From Squalus acanthias (lineage: Eukaryota), in the NCBI GenBank assembly GCA_030390025.1, contig CM059431.1, forward strand, positions 105,712,001 through 105,776,000: a stretch of DNA of 64,000 nucleotides, given 5' to 3'. A program made the translations under genes and the position numbers. Shown here in pieces: positions 24,214 through 37,460 of the stretch. Position 1 is the first letter of the stretch; each line of letters starts with the position of its first letter. The notes under the pieces were generated by a model. That model was not told the origin of the DNA. It saw only the letters and a list, made by a program, of their open reading frames with translations, and searched no databases.

Positions 24214-24875
24214 CCACCTCCGTAACATCGTCCGTCTCCGCCCTTGCCTCAGCTCATCCGCTGCTGAAACCCTCATCCATGCCTTTGTTACCTCTAGACT
24301 TGAATATTCCAATGCACTCCTGGCTGGCTTCCCACATTCCACCCTACGTAAACTTGAGGTCATCCAAAACTCGCCTGCCCATGTCCTAACTCGCACCAAG
24401 TCCCGTTCACCCATCACCCCTGTGCTCACTGACCTACATTGGCTCCCGGTTAAGCAGCGCCTCGATTTCAAAATTCTCATCCTTGTTTTCAAATCCCTCC
24501 ATGGCCTCGCCCCCTCCCTATCTCTGTAATCTCCATTAGCCCCACAACTCCCCGAGATATCTGCACTCCTCTAATTCTGCCCTCTTGAGCATTCCTGATT
24601 ATAATCGCTCAACCTTTGGTGGCCGTGCCTTCTGTTGCCTAGGCCCTAAGCTCTGGAATTCCCTCCCTAAACCTCTCCGCCTCGCTACCTCTCTTTCCTC
24701 CTTTAAGATGCTCCTTAAAACCTACCTCTTTGACCAAGCTTTTGGTCACCTGCCCTAATTTATCCTTCTGTGGATCGGTGTCAAATTTTTTTGTCTTATA
24801 ATACTCCTGTGCAGCGCCTTGAGACATTTTACTACCTTAAAGGCGCGATATATTAATAGAAGTTGTTATTGTTGT
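24214..24875 (+). mobile_element. L2 LINE 3' end
   Basis: AETLIHAFVTSRLEYSNALLAG, LTDLHWLPV; reverse complement of 57533-58195. Confidence 0.9.
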
Positions 24876-25004
24876 GTGTTGTAATAATATAGACCAACGG
24901 CTGTAGTCCTCTTCCTATATGCCAAGCGTACAATTGCGGAATCACCCATACAGTAATACTGTGCAGGCTTCAGCCACACATTTCAGGAAATCTGAGCTTT
25001 GGTC

Positions 25005-25240
25005 CTTGGTCTACAATGAGTTTCTCTGAGCTCAACTGGCCACAGTTCAGCATCCACAAGCTAGGAAGGGAAAAAAATGAGCTCGAATTCCTGCTCCTGA
25101 TCACTGTCCAGACACCCTTGCTTGTGTGGATGTCAGATGAAGATTAAATAGCTAGCTGATTCTTACAGTCCAGGCTCCACATGAAGAATCGCCATTTGGG
25201 TAGTGCGCAGAGTATTAATGTCTCAGGAGAAAAGGGAGAG
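25005..25240 (+). mobile_element. Ancient SINE (AmnSINE2-like), degenerate
   Basis: Related to 52040-52235 (+) and 42340-42570 (-); motifs TTCCTGCTCCTGATC.CT.TCCAG and CACATGAAGAAT.GCCA.TTGGG; family name is from memory of the consensus. Confidence 0.45.
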
Positions 25241-26144
25241 AGTAAGCACTGTGCATTAGACAGCATCTGGGCCTTTGTAAATTGACTCTATTGATAGCAT
25301 TCATTATTAGACATACATAGAAACTCTCTGTATTGCAGAGGTTACACGAAAGAGAGGATCTGTAGAGTTTGAAAGCAGAGAATGGCTTTCTGCACTTAAA
25401 GAGTTAAAAGATGAACTCACGGGTCAAGGCTATTCATATGCTAATTGTTCCGTGGGACTAATGACATAGCAAATCACAGCTGGGGAAAGTGTGAATTGCT
25501 TTCGGAGTATTAGCATATAACATTTATTCACGGCGAGCTGATGCATGGATTGCACTTTTATTCAATTTTCTCCCCCTACATGGTTAGCGGTGGCCTTTGA
25601 ACTCAAGATATGTCACAGAATGAGGGTCACGCTCTCGTTCATCGTGCCAAAAGCAGCTCAATTTTGGCCTCCCTTCGTTACCATAAACAGTCTGAAATCT
25701 CCACAGGCGCTTCTGCACTGCAGACGTGCAGCCAAAGACAGAGATGCAGTTCTCCCTCCGTCAACTACACTCTATAATACAAATGTGCTGTCAGGTTAAA
25801 GCTGCCAATTTCGCAAAAGTAACGGCGTGGGGGTGGGGGGAGCCAGTTGTGGATGTTTGCATTCTGGGTCACGAGTGCACAGTAGAACCCAGCCACTCTA
25901 CCAAGCCCAAATCCCAATGTCACGTGCAGAAGGGGATAAGTGGTGCATAGAGATCACTGTCCTGAAACAGGAGGCAAAAACCCAGTAAAGTGTAAACGCT
26001 CTGTAGTTCTGAATCAAGACTTAAACCAGCATTGAATTGCAAAAGTTTTACAGCACAGAAGGTGGACATTCACCCGGATTGCTGTAAAAATCCAACTGGC
26101 TCACTAATGTGGAAGGAAACCTAACACTCCCCACCCGGACAGGA

Positions 26145-26325
26145 CAGATTATGTGGTCATTATCATGTTGCTGTGTGCGAGACCTTGCTGTGTGCAATTT
26201 GGCTGCCGTGTTTCCTACATTACAACAGTGACTACACTTCAAAAGTACTTCATTAGCTGTAAAGCGCTCTGGGACATCCCGAGGTCATGGAAGGCGCTAT
26301 AGAAAAGCAAGTCTTTTTTTTTCTT
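26145..26325 (+). mobile_element. SacSINE1-like SINE 3' tail
   Basis: Matches 34052-34229. Confidence 0.8.
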
Positions 26326-27487
26326 TTACACGTGAATACAATCCCACGCTACATTGTTGATTCTTAATGCTCGCTGAAGTGGCCTAGCAAAGCCAATCGT
26401 ACGAAGGCAGCCCACCAGAGCAACTAGGGTTTAGCAAAAAAAAATGCAGCCTTGCCCACACCTTCAGAACAAACTTAAAAAATTGCAACGCCAAAACAGA
26501 ATTAAAGGATCGGCTGAACTTAGGGCAAGGTTCATGCATCTATCTGTATCGAGCAGTGTCAACCAACTGTGCGTAATGATAATAAAACTTCAGCAATTCC
26601 TCATATCTTTATTAAAGTAGAGATTAAATTCCATTCAGATCACACTGATCCACACATGTCTCTGACTAAGTACTTTCATTGGGCAGTTGCAATTTCCAGT
26701 CAAATAGACGTGTACACCACTGCCCTTGTCCTGGAGAAGAGTCAGGATTCGAATCAGTAAGTAAACCATTCCCAGTTTGAAACCAGACCAATGAGGAGAG
26801 GGGGCGTTATTCTAATTTGAACCTACATAATGTGCACCAGTCACAATCACGAGTTTCAATCTGGAACACTTATGAAAGCAGTACAAAAGCTCACTTACAA
26901 GGGTTACATTTATTAATTTTGATTCTTATCCCATTGTCAGAAAAGCAGAAAACCCTTTCTCCCCGCCGTGAATCACACTATAATTACAAATTACATTTTT
27001 AATCCATCTCTGTGAATTTTATTACACTACATAATTAATTCCACTGTACTTTTCCAATTTTAACTCAAGTTACAAATTCACACTGATTACTAATGCACGG
27101 CCCCAGACTGAGTGGTTGAATCTATGATGGAAGATTCAGGGATGTTGTCCATTAACATGGGTGGTTCTCATTGGGGCACCTTCATGGGCATCATTTTAAT
27201 AATTTTAATTCCAAGTGACTGTTACCTATGCATATCAGGCACTGCATACAGAAAATACTGCACAAGTGTGTTAGAGTATAAACATTATATAGCTACATAG
27301 AGTCTACAGCACAGAGACAGGCCATTCAACCTAACTGGCCTATGCCAACGTTTATGCTCCACATGAGCCTCCTCCCACTCCTCTTCATCTTAGCTCATCA
27401 ATGTATTTCCATTGAATTTACACTGTGGACACAATAGAGCTGAAGTAGTGAAAGTCAAGGAATGAATGGTTGTAGAATTCTACATTA

Positions 27488-27778
27488 CTCCAATTCTGGC
27501 CTCTCGTGCATCCCTGATTTCCTTCGCCTCACCATTGGAGACTATTCCTTCAGCAGTCTAGGCCATAAGCTCTGGAATTCCCTCCCTAAACCTCTCCACC
27601 TCTCTCTCCTCCTTTAAGACACTCCTTAAAACTTACCTGTTTGACCAAGCTTTTGGTCACCTGTCCCAATATCTCATGTGGTTCAGTGGCAAATCTTGTC
27701 CAATATCGCTCCTGTGAAGTGCCTTGGGACATTTTACAATGTTAAAGGCACTATATAAATGCAATTTGTTGTTGATGT
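27488..27778 (+). mobile_element. L2 LINE 3' tail
   Basis: Matches 24570-24875. Confidence 0.8.
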
Positions 27779-27785
27779 AGTGGCA

Positions 27786-28130
27786 CATAAGAACATAATA
27801 ATTAAGAGCAGGAGTAGGCCATATGGCCCCTTGAACCTGCTCCGCCATTCAATAAGATCATGGCTGATCTTTGACCGCAACTCCACTTTCCCACCCGATC
27901 CCCATATCCCTTGATTCCCCTAGAGTCCAAAAATCTATCGATCCCAGCCTTGAATATACTCAACAATTCAGCATCAGGTAGAGAATTCCAAAGATTCACA
28001 ACCCTTTGAGTGAAGAAATTCCTCCTCATCTCAGTCTTAAATGGCCGACCCCTTATCCTGAGACTATGCCCCCTAGTTCTAGACTCTCCAGCCAGGGGAA
28101 ACAACCTCTCAGCATCTACCCTGTCAATCC
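27786..28130 (-). mobile_element. CR1 LINE 3' end
   Basis: MFPLAGESRTRGHSLRIRGRPFKTEMRRNFFTQRVVNLWNSLP; CATAAGAA tail. Confidence 0.9.
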
Positions 28131-29299
28131 CATGTTCCCCAGAGGTTTATATTACACTTGTTTCAAATTAGTCTCATCATATACCTATCTCAGAACTGAT
28201 CTTAATTTTGATGCACAAATCTGAAGGGCAGAATTCCGAAAATATCTACCAGCAATCAAATGATATATTTAGACAATAATCTAGTTGTTCAATTGCCAGT
28301 CTAAAGAAAGAAAGTGTCTCAGAATTCCAAGTTCTCCAGTCGTTTCCATATTCACTCAGTGTCAAATGTAGACAGGAAACTGGGAAATCCAATAATCTAT
28401 GGGATTTTGTTCGCACATTCGCCCCATCTGTTTTCAAAATGGCTATGTGAGGACGATTGTTTTTCTAAATTTGAATGGAGAGGTGAATCGGAATATCAAC
28501 TGCAGGCCAAGTTAGCATGACTCCCAGTCAGCCCAAAATTTAGGGCAGAGAAAAGCAATATTGAAAGAAAGAGAGAGAGAGATAGATAGTCAGTAACGAT
28601 GGAGACGGAAAGACAGATAGGTAGCAGAGACAAAAGGCATGGACTGGTTGGGCCGAATAGCCTGTTTCTGTGCCATACATCCAATGTAAAAAAAAGGAAA
28701 GGCGACACTGAAAGAGCAAGCGAAAGAAGCTAACAGGAGACTGAAGTCAAAACCAAGAGAAGAAATAAAACCGCAGAAAAGCAGCGACCAAAAGAGAAAC
28801 ATTGAAAAAGATAAAAAAGCATTGTATTTCTTTAATATCAAACATTTCATCTCCTACTGCTCTCGTGATTTTCTTGTATTGCCACAGTTTGTTTCCATAA
28901 TTTTCTTGCTGTTTTGGTTAATGCAAACACATGGAGGAAAGGGAAATACATGTTTGTTTTCATTGTTAATCAATACACATTGTAACAACAATTAATCTAC
29001 CTAGACGCACTAATTTCCAATAATGCTCCCGTGAAGAGTGCAAATAACTGTTGCAATACTAATGAGTTCAGAGGCTGATTGTGTTAATACTTTGTCTTTT
29101 GCTTGACATTCTAATGGACGATACCTTCCATAAGGCACGTTTCGGTTTTCCTCAGGTGTTTTCAGCTGGCAGTATGCACAGTATTTTAACAGGTATTGCA
29201 AAGGTAATGGAATATGGATTTATTTAATAGAATATGGATTTATTGTAAAGGACAATTTTTAATAAATATAAAAGGATGAAAAGAAAGGCTGTGAATCGG

Positions 29300-29450
29300 A
29301 GATAAAAATAGAAAATACTGCAAGAACATCGAGGGCAGTCGGTATCTAAATGGGAAAGATAGATTGATGTTTCAGATGTAGCTCCTTGCGATTTCTGATG
29401 AAGGCAAACACCCGAAAACATTAATCTAACTTTCCCTTTTAGATGCTAAA
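29300..29450. repeat. Old, diverged Penelope-type hairpin with a decayed hammerhead
   Basis: ATCTAAATGGGAAAGATAGATTGATGTTT pairs imperfectly with AAACATTAATCTAACTTTCCCTTTTAGAT; CTGATGAAGG...CCCGAAA between them. Confidence 0.55.
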
Positions 29451-30560
29451 TGCATTTAAAGCATTACTGTTCTTGCTGCAGAAAATGGGACACATTACTT
29501 GACTGCAATATTACGGTAGGAAGCAGTTTAGTTAGTCTCGCCAGAAATAACCTGTGCTGGGATTTGACATTATTAATGGTGGAACCTATCTTTATGATAT
29601 GTGGGGAAAAACTGAATGTGTATTGTTTGACAACTAACTGACAACGCACTCATCATGCACCATGGCCCTGGATGATACCATCAGTCTGTTTTGAACATGC
29701 TATGCATTTTCTAAAATTGGTTTTGCAGGTCCAATTTGATAGGATTGCACTGCTCTTGTGTTCAATCAAATCGACCTTTTCCAATAACTCGCAATTTCTC
29801 AAAAAAGGCGTTTGTAGAATTCTTCTGAGTTTAGTTAAACTGCTACCTTTTAGTACCATGTAGTGGCAGGAAGATGGGAATCGATTTCTAAAGCTTATCA
29901 TCCTATTCACACAGCTTATCTGAATTGCCTTCAAGCTGGCCTTCTACCCATGTTAAAAGGGAATATTTTCACTGGTGTACTTATTCTATACTGTTTCTTG
30001 GATGAATTTGCTTTGAATGCTCGTGAAAATTACCATTGAGTAAACGTAGCTGTGAAATGTAACATTTGTATGCCTGACAGACAATGGTGTACCTGGTTGA
30101 ACCCACAGATGCATCTGTTGGGAAAACTATTTCATACAAGGTTTCCCCTAGAAAATAGTGCGAATGGTAACCCATGTTTTGAATGGGGTTTTATGGAGAC
30201 TGTGAATGGAGGGCACAGTAAAAAAGTGATGAATTCATTTCTATAGTGATTTACATTGATTACAGGAGGCATTGATACGATTCATGGGATCCCCCCGACT
30301 CCACACAACTTCAAACTCCGTGTAACCCATGCCACTTAGCATTAATGTTGATCCTCAGCGTACGCATCATTTTAGGCCAATCCAAGTCTGTGAGAACAGA
30401 TGGCGATATACAGTAATCACGTTACTTAACTCTTAAATGATGGCTGCACCTCTAAATCCAGAGCCTTGCAGACTCCCAAGACAACTTCTCAGAGATTGAA
30501 GGTCCCTTAACTAATCTAAGAGTCTGCCACAATATCGCCAAAAAATCTTTGTGGTACCTT

Positions 30561-31308
30561 GGCCCGGATTTTGCGGTCAGCAGCAACGATGCTTGCCATT
30601 CACCTCGCTGCCCGCAAATTTTTGCGTGCTTTAGAGCAGAGACGTGCTCTAATCTGGCGTCTGATCCAGCGCGGTCCCCTCTACAGAGCATCTATGACGT
30701 CTGTGAGCAGAAGAAACAGCGAGGCTCTTCAGCCAATAAGATTGAAGAATCCTCACTGAGACACGCAGAGTCTAAACCAGGAAGTATAAAGCAGGCAAGT
30801 ATAAATTAGATTTAACTCATGTGCAGAAAGTGAAATAAAGAGAAGGAAAGAAACGTGGGATTAAGAGAGAGAGAGAGAGAGATAAGAGGCAGACAGAAAA
30901 AGTGAATATATATATATATATATTTTTAAAACTCCAATACTTATTAACTTCTGAAGGAATGAGACTCCACACTTGTAAAATTACATTTTCAGTGTTAGAG
31001 AGGTTGTTTGGAAATAGTTATCACTTATCCCAGCATTTAAAATCCACTTACCCCTGAATGCACCAGCCCTAACTTTATCTGGTGTGTTAAGTGGGGAACT
31101 AGTGGACAAGTACAGCAACTTCACGCCGTTGCATGTATTTCAATGCCGAGTCTGTCGGCGAGGTACTGTTGTAGCACAGCCTGTGGAGAGGCAGGGTAAC
31201 TCAGACTGCAACCTCCGGATTTCCACGTTTAACCATGCATGTGCAGATGCTGGAAGCTGCTGTAAGCACTGATAGCCTCACCGTTATTATTAACGCAAAA
31301 TCCGGGCC
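30561..31308. mobile_element. Harbinger-type MITE
   Basis: Perfect 15-bp TIR GGCCCGGATTTTGCG / CGCAAAATCCGGGCC; flanks CTT/ATT. Confidence 0.85.
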
Positions 31309-31311
31309 ATT

Positions 31312-32138
31312 GGGCTGGATTTTGTGAATGGAGGCGAGTTGGAGGCGGGACAGCTGCTTGTCGTGTCAATGTCCCGCCTCCATCCTTGCCTGACCAACCA
31401 GAGGGATTTTCCCCTGATTGACCTTGTTAAGCCCGTCCTGCGAGCTCAGCAGGCCAATTAGGGAGGAAGTCACTGACAGATCACGTCAACGTCAGACATG
31501 CCATCTGTCAAGACTTCTTGAAAGAAGAAACGTCAGCGTCTGACAGCTCTGTGAAGCTGTCAAACACTGACATTCTCTTTAGTTTGATGAGTTCTTGTGT
31601 TGAGGACTCATCAAACATTTCAAATTTGTAAATTTCACATGGCTGTAGGAATGGAGGTTCCAACAGCCATTCTGTGAAATTGACAAGCAGAATGTCGACT
31701 CTCCCGATCCACCGCGGCGAAAGGCTGCATGAAGAAAACAAGGTAAGTGAACACTTTTTTAAACTTATCACTCAACTTACATACTTACCACTCCACACTT
31801 GCACCCATCACTCACCTCTACACCTTACTTCCAGGTGCCTCCGACTGCTGCAGACCTCCTCCACGTCTCCTCCAACCCGGCGGGGTTCTCCGAGGTCGGG
31901 AAGACTTCACCTGTGAAGGTAAAATGACACTAATCCTTTTTTCTGTTAACAGGCAGTTAAAAGGATTAAATGCCTTTCCCGCCTCCAGGAGACGAGACCC
32001 GAAGCTGCACATCTTCCCGCCTCCTGGCAAAAGGGCATGGAGGCGGGATGGCGGGATGCCATCCGCCCCCACTTGCTCCGAGTTTACCGGCTGTCCCGCC
32101 TCCATGCCCGCCTCCTCGGGGCTTGGAAAATCCAGCCC
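31312..32138. mobile_element. Harbinger-type MITE directly next to the previous one
   Basis: 12-bp TIR GGGCTGGATTTT / AAAATCCAGCCC; TSD ATT (31309-31311, 32139-32141). Confidence 0.85.
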
Positions 32139-33765
32139 ATTGTGTTTGACACATCATGGTAACACTTACAGAAAAGAGATAACACATATGGAGCTGCACA
32201 CACCTTGAAGAACTGTAAAAGCTTTGATGAAAGCCAAGGCTAAATAATTGATCTGATTTCAGAGCACTTCTCAGAATTTCAATTTCTCTTTTTTTTTTAA
32301 AATCAGCCCTTCCATCCTTCCTGGCTAGACATCCTTAATCTGAGATAATGTCCGGGACCTAAATGAGGCAACAAAAAAAAACTAAATACAGAAAGAGGAA
32401 AAAAAGAGAGAAACTTTACAAAAATATGTGGAAAGCATATGATTAATAAGGACCACCACATAGGGTGTTTGGAAACATTTTCCCCAAAATATCTCAGGAC
32501 TTTTGGCCACTGGTCTGGCTCATGGACCACCAGAATTGACCATGCGAGTGAAGATCTCTTGAACTCCTCTTGAACTATATAAATGGGCAACAGCAAGAAG
32601 TCCATTCTCGTCTGAATAGTGACTGAAAATTTCAGCGGGCAAGGCATAGTGTCGGCATTGCGACTGATCACAAACTGAAGACAGCAAAACCAAGAAGTGG
32701 GCATTTAAAATATTTTTACTGCCATCTCCACAACCCAGTGAACCCACTTTACATTGCGGCAAAGCCCACAGGAGGTTGGCACCCTAGCCGGGGCTGTAAT
32801 TTAATTGCCCCAGCCCCGGGATACAGAGCTGGTGGCCAGGGGCACAGACAGACAGTCGGAACCCCTGCTCTAGCCTACGTCTGCTTGCAGAAGGGAGCCA
32901 GTGGAAATTTGACCCCAAGTGACTCGAGCCCCATCCATTACTGGCACCAAGACTGATATCATGATCCAGAGGATTTAACCTGCTAATACTTCCCTACTGA
33001 TATGTTCCTAGTCCCCCAGAAAAATGACAGATTGGGATTAGCTTCTCTGAAAAAGCAGGCAATAGGAAAAGAGATTTGAAAGAAAGGCTTGGAGCGTTAT
33101 GAGTTTTAAGTGGCTCTTTCCACTTTTTTTCCCTTGTATGTACTGTAGGTCAGACATCAGCTAATCACGTCTACAATTTGCACTAACACACCAGACCAGA
33201 ACCAGACATCTCTTGCTAACATTTGGATTTTTTACATTCTGTGGCGATTTTGCCCAAAGTAAGTCTCCTCACACTGGCAGGCACAAGAGCCTTGTGACTT
33301 TTGAAGATCGGCCCCTCTTCAATCGTTAGTTCATCTTAGAAGTTCCAACACTGTTGGATCCCATGATCAAGTTCAGATGTGTGTGTCTGGAGATCCTTCC
33401 AAGATCAGGGATTCCAACTTCTGTAATGACTGGTCTTTCTCAGTTTCTGTTTCTTGCCTGTGACGTCCAGAGATATGATACCACGCACACATTTATTTGA
33501 CATTTTCATCACCTATGCCATTGATTTTAGGCAGATAGTTTCAACTCAATACATCACTACATACACATCTGTACCTTTCTTGTATTCTACTATCAAGTTG
33601 TACTTTTGCAACTTAAGTTAAGATGCTCTGTAGTCTGAGTGGGTTTCCTGAAGTTTTTCTTTTCATAATTGTCTTATGATCACTCTCCACCATACAAATA
33701 TTGGTGAAGCTTTTCGCAACCAAATACCACACCGCAAGTTCTCTCTCTCTTATTGGACATACTCT

Positions 33766-34229
33766 TGTCGGTGGCTCAGTGGGTAGCACACTCGCCTCTG
33801 TAGTCCGAAGGTTGTGGGTTCAAGTCCCACCCAGGGACTTGAGCACATAAAGCTAGGCTGACGCTCCCAGTGCAGTGCTGAGGGAGTGCTGCACTGTCGG
33901 AGGTGCCGTCTTTTGGATGAGACGTTAAACCGTGGCCACATCTGCTCTCTCGGGCGGACATAAAAGATCCCATGGCACTATTTCGAAGAAGAGCAGGGGA
34001 GTTATCCCCAGTGTCCTGGCCAATATTTATCCCTCAATCAACATCATAAAAACAGATTATCTGGTCATTATCACATTGCTGTTTGTGGGAGCTTGCTGTG
34101 CGCAAATTGGCTGCCGCATTTCCCACATTACAACAGTGACTACACTTCAAAAAGTACTTCATTGGCTGGAAAGTGCTTTGAGACGTCCGGTGGTCGTGAA
34201 AGGTGCTACAGAAAAGCAAGTCTTTCTTT
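33766..34229 (+). mobile_element. Full-length SacSINE1/DeuSINE-type SINE
   Basis: Pol III A box TGGCTCAGTGG, B box GGTTCAAGTCC, Deu-like core, L2-like tail. Confidence 0.9.
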
Positions 34230-34862
34230 TATACCTGGACTGAGTTGATTAAATGCTCGAGAAGCAGACACTATAGGAAGTAATAATACTGAGCTGGAAG
34301 CATCAACACCAACCTTCATTAGCTTCATTATGTTGTAGTCTTTCAGCACTTGTGGGGTTTTATCATGAGCTACTGCAACTTTAAAACGCCCATCGTGCTC
34401 ATCAGTCGCTGCCACATCATTTTCAAGTAGTTTTCTTCGTGGTTTTGTGACATCTGACAAATTAGACAGAAATTTGCCTAAACAGTTCACCTTGCCGACA
34501 TATTGCTGCAGATGTTTTTATTGCTCAGGTTTTTTCACGTATAACACTGCTTCTAACTGCAAGGATAGGCAAGTATAGATTAATAGAATAAGCAGATTGG
34601 CATTACATAGAATGCACTGAGAGATTAAAACACACTAGAGGCACAGAACAGTTCCAGACAGGCTTTTTATCAAAGCAGTGGGGAGTGTGAAGAAATCAGT
34701 GTAGATAAGAGATACCTATTCCTTTGCAGTGAAGATTAGAAGAGATAAGACATCAGATGCATACACAACAAAGGAAGAGCAGCTGCATCAACATTACCAC
34801 TATGTTACCGTTCCCTTATATCAACAGGAAACACACAGGGAGGTAACCTGCGATGACGTATT

Positions 34863-36060
34863 GGCCCGGAATTTACAGGGATTATGACGGCGTACGCACA
34901 GTGCACAGCGTACGTCGCCGTAAGTGCTGTGAATGGTCCCGGAAGTTCCGCACGCGCGAAAACCCGGAACTTGCGATCTGTCGAGTTTCTCCTGTAAATT
35001 CACGTTTGCCGGCACAGGGTCAGGTTATTTTGCCCAACTACTCACGAAACCCTCACGCCTGATAAAAGCAGGCGTAAGGGTTAAAATAAATGTTAAAATA
35101 ATTTTTTTTTTAAATGACTTAAACATTCACTTACATTTAAAATAAAAACAGAAAATGCTGGAAATACTCAGCAGGTCAGGCAGCATCTGTGGAGAGAGAA
35201 ACAGAGTTAACGTTTCAGGCCGATGACCCTTCGTCAGAACTGGAAAAAGCTGGAGATGGAACAGGTTTTTAAGCAAGTGCAGGGGCAGAGAAAGGGGGGA
35301 GGGGAGAAAAGAACAAAAGGGAGCCGGAGACAGTTGCTGAGGAAAGATATGTGGCTGTGAAAGCGAGTTTTGGTAGATACCTGATCAAACATGAGAAGGG
35401 AGACAGAAAGCAATGAAGATGAACAAGGTAAAAGAGACAAACGGAAATCCCATCGGAGAAAAGAGCAGAACCTCTTCAAGGTGGGCATTCTTAGAAGAGA
35501 AGTGGCAGTGAATTAAACATTAATACAAAAGCAAAATACTGCGGATGCTGGAAATCGGAAATAATTTATTTTAGATTTCCAGCTTCTGCAGTATTTTGCT
35601 TTTGCACTTACATTTAAAATTAGTTTAGGTTATTTTTGTCCCGTTTAAAAATGTTTACATTTATTTTTCAAAAAATTAAATTTTTATTTTAAATGTTTAA
35701 TTAAAGGGTATTTTAATTAATTTTGAACCTGCGGTCATTTATTATTATTTCAGTGTTTTGAAATTTTATTTATTTGGGGATTCCTATTATGCTCATGGGG
35801 ATCCCGTAGGTAAATGGAATCCCCAGAAGCATAATGGAGATCCCCCTTTGTCATTGGTTGGCCTGGATCACGTGACCCCCCCCAAAGACGCTTGCGAACC
35901 GCCTGTGCCCCTGGGGATCCGTGGGCCTTTACGCAGGCCTACGCCCGCAGACCCAGGACCGCGAGAGTCCAAAGCTCCGGAAAAAACAGGTAAGTACATT
36001 GTTTTCTTGCGGTTCGGAGGCGCACACGGATAGCAAGCCTCCGACCGCAATTTCCAGGCC
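34863..36060. mobile_element. Harbinger-type MITE containing a Penelope-type insertion
   Basis: Termini GGCCCGGAATTT / AATTTCCAGGCC; TSD ATT; collinear with 45473-46190 once 35144-35604 is removed. Confidence 0.8.
35144..35604 (-). mobile_element. Penelope-type family A element with an intact hammerhead at 35205-35241 (minus)
   Basis: 16-bp TSD CACTTACATTTAAAAT (35128-35143, 35605-35620); minus strand AGTT CTGACGA A GGGTC-ATC-GGCCT GAAA CGTT AACT; short terminal hairpin ~35525-35604. Confidence 0.8.
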
Positions 36061-37052
36061 ATTGATACCCACCTTCGTCCTATGTAATGAAATATATAAT
36101 AGGCATTTTGAAACTCAGTTTAAATCAAAAGGGCACTCTTCAATTTAATCTTTGAGGAACTGAAAAAGACATCTCCTGGTGTATGTATTATTGGTACCTA
36201 TATCTCAAACATACTGCATGTAAGGAGTTATGTTCTATTATCTCATTGTCTTGATTTAATAAAGAGTATTAATCAGATGTTTTTCAGTGTTTCCTTACTC
36301 CTCGAACTAGAGGTAAAGGATGTATGATAATTTCCTATAATATCGCAATAAGGGCAATAGGGATATGACAATATCCTACATAAACCCAACACTATATTTT
36401 TCATTGGCTTTATGCCCGTCTGCTGCGAGTGTGGCCCCTACGTAACTTATATCTTTTACTTTGAGCTTCACATCATGCTCTCTTCCTAGTTGTAGGACTT
36501 GTTCCAACCTTTGTTCGTGTTTCTGTTCATTCTCTACCCAAATCAGGTTATCGACAATAACATCCACTCCTTCAATCTCATCCGAGATATGATTAGAAGA
36601 TATCTGGAGCTAAAGCGATCCCAAATGGAATTCTAGTACATACATTTCTGGGAAAAGGATTATAAAAAAGGACAGACAAATTTGACAAATCTTTACCCAA
36701 TTGTACATACCAGCAGCTGCAACTTTCAGCAAGTGTGCTGAAGATTTTGGTGTTTGAAAACTGTGACATTACTTTTTCTACGGTATGCATTGTGTCACAT
36801 TCTCTGAAGACATATTTACAGTCATTCATTATTTGGCTTTACTATTGTCACCATTGCGCTGGCCTGCTAGCTTGGTTCTTTGACTCTCATTATTGCACCA
36901 GTTTTTTTCCATTCTCTCTGATGAACTTTACCACAAAGTGCGACTGGCATTTTATTTCTTGTATTGCATGACTGCTTGAGTTCTAATTGTAAAGTGTTGA
37001 TTTCCTGCTGTGCATCCCAAGTCTTCAACTGCATCAACATATTTCTCTTTAG

Positions 37053-37460
37053 GAACATAGCAACAGGAGGAAGCCACTCAGCCCCTCGAGCCTGTTCCGC
37101 CATTCAATGAGGTCATGGCTGATCTGTGACCTGACCCCATCGACCCGCATTCACCCCATATCCCTTAATACCGTCGGTCAACAAAAATCTTTCAATCTCA
37201 GATTTAAAATTACCAATTGACCCAGCATCAATTGCCGATTGCGGAAGAGAGTTCCAAACTTCTACCACCCTTTGTGTGTAGAAGTGTTTCCTACCTTCAC
37301 TCCTGAAAGGTCTGGCTCTAATTTTTAGGCTATGTCCCCTAGTCCTAGACTCCCCAACCAGCAGAAATAGTTTCTCTCTATCTACTCCATCTGTTCCACT
37401 TCGTATCTTGAAAACTTCGATCAAATCACTCCTTAATCTTCTAAATATCAGGGAATACAA
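37053..37460 (-). mobile_element. CR1 LINE 3' end
   Basis: RRLRSDLIEVFKI...FYTQRVVEVWNSLP. Confidence 0.9.

Noticed and set aside
32303..32762. Protein-like minus-strand ORFs after a good acceptor near 32676
   Set aside because: No convincing donor site and no recognisable homology in either open frame
33766..33835. tRNA genes at the SINE heads (also ~53700, ~54330, ~60590)
   Set aside because: A and B boxes run straight into SINE bodies; no complete cloverleaf or acceptor stem
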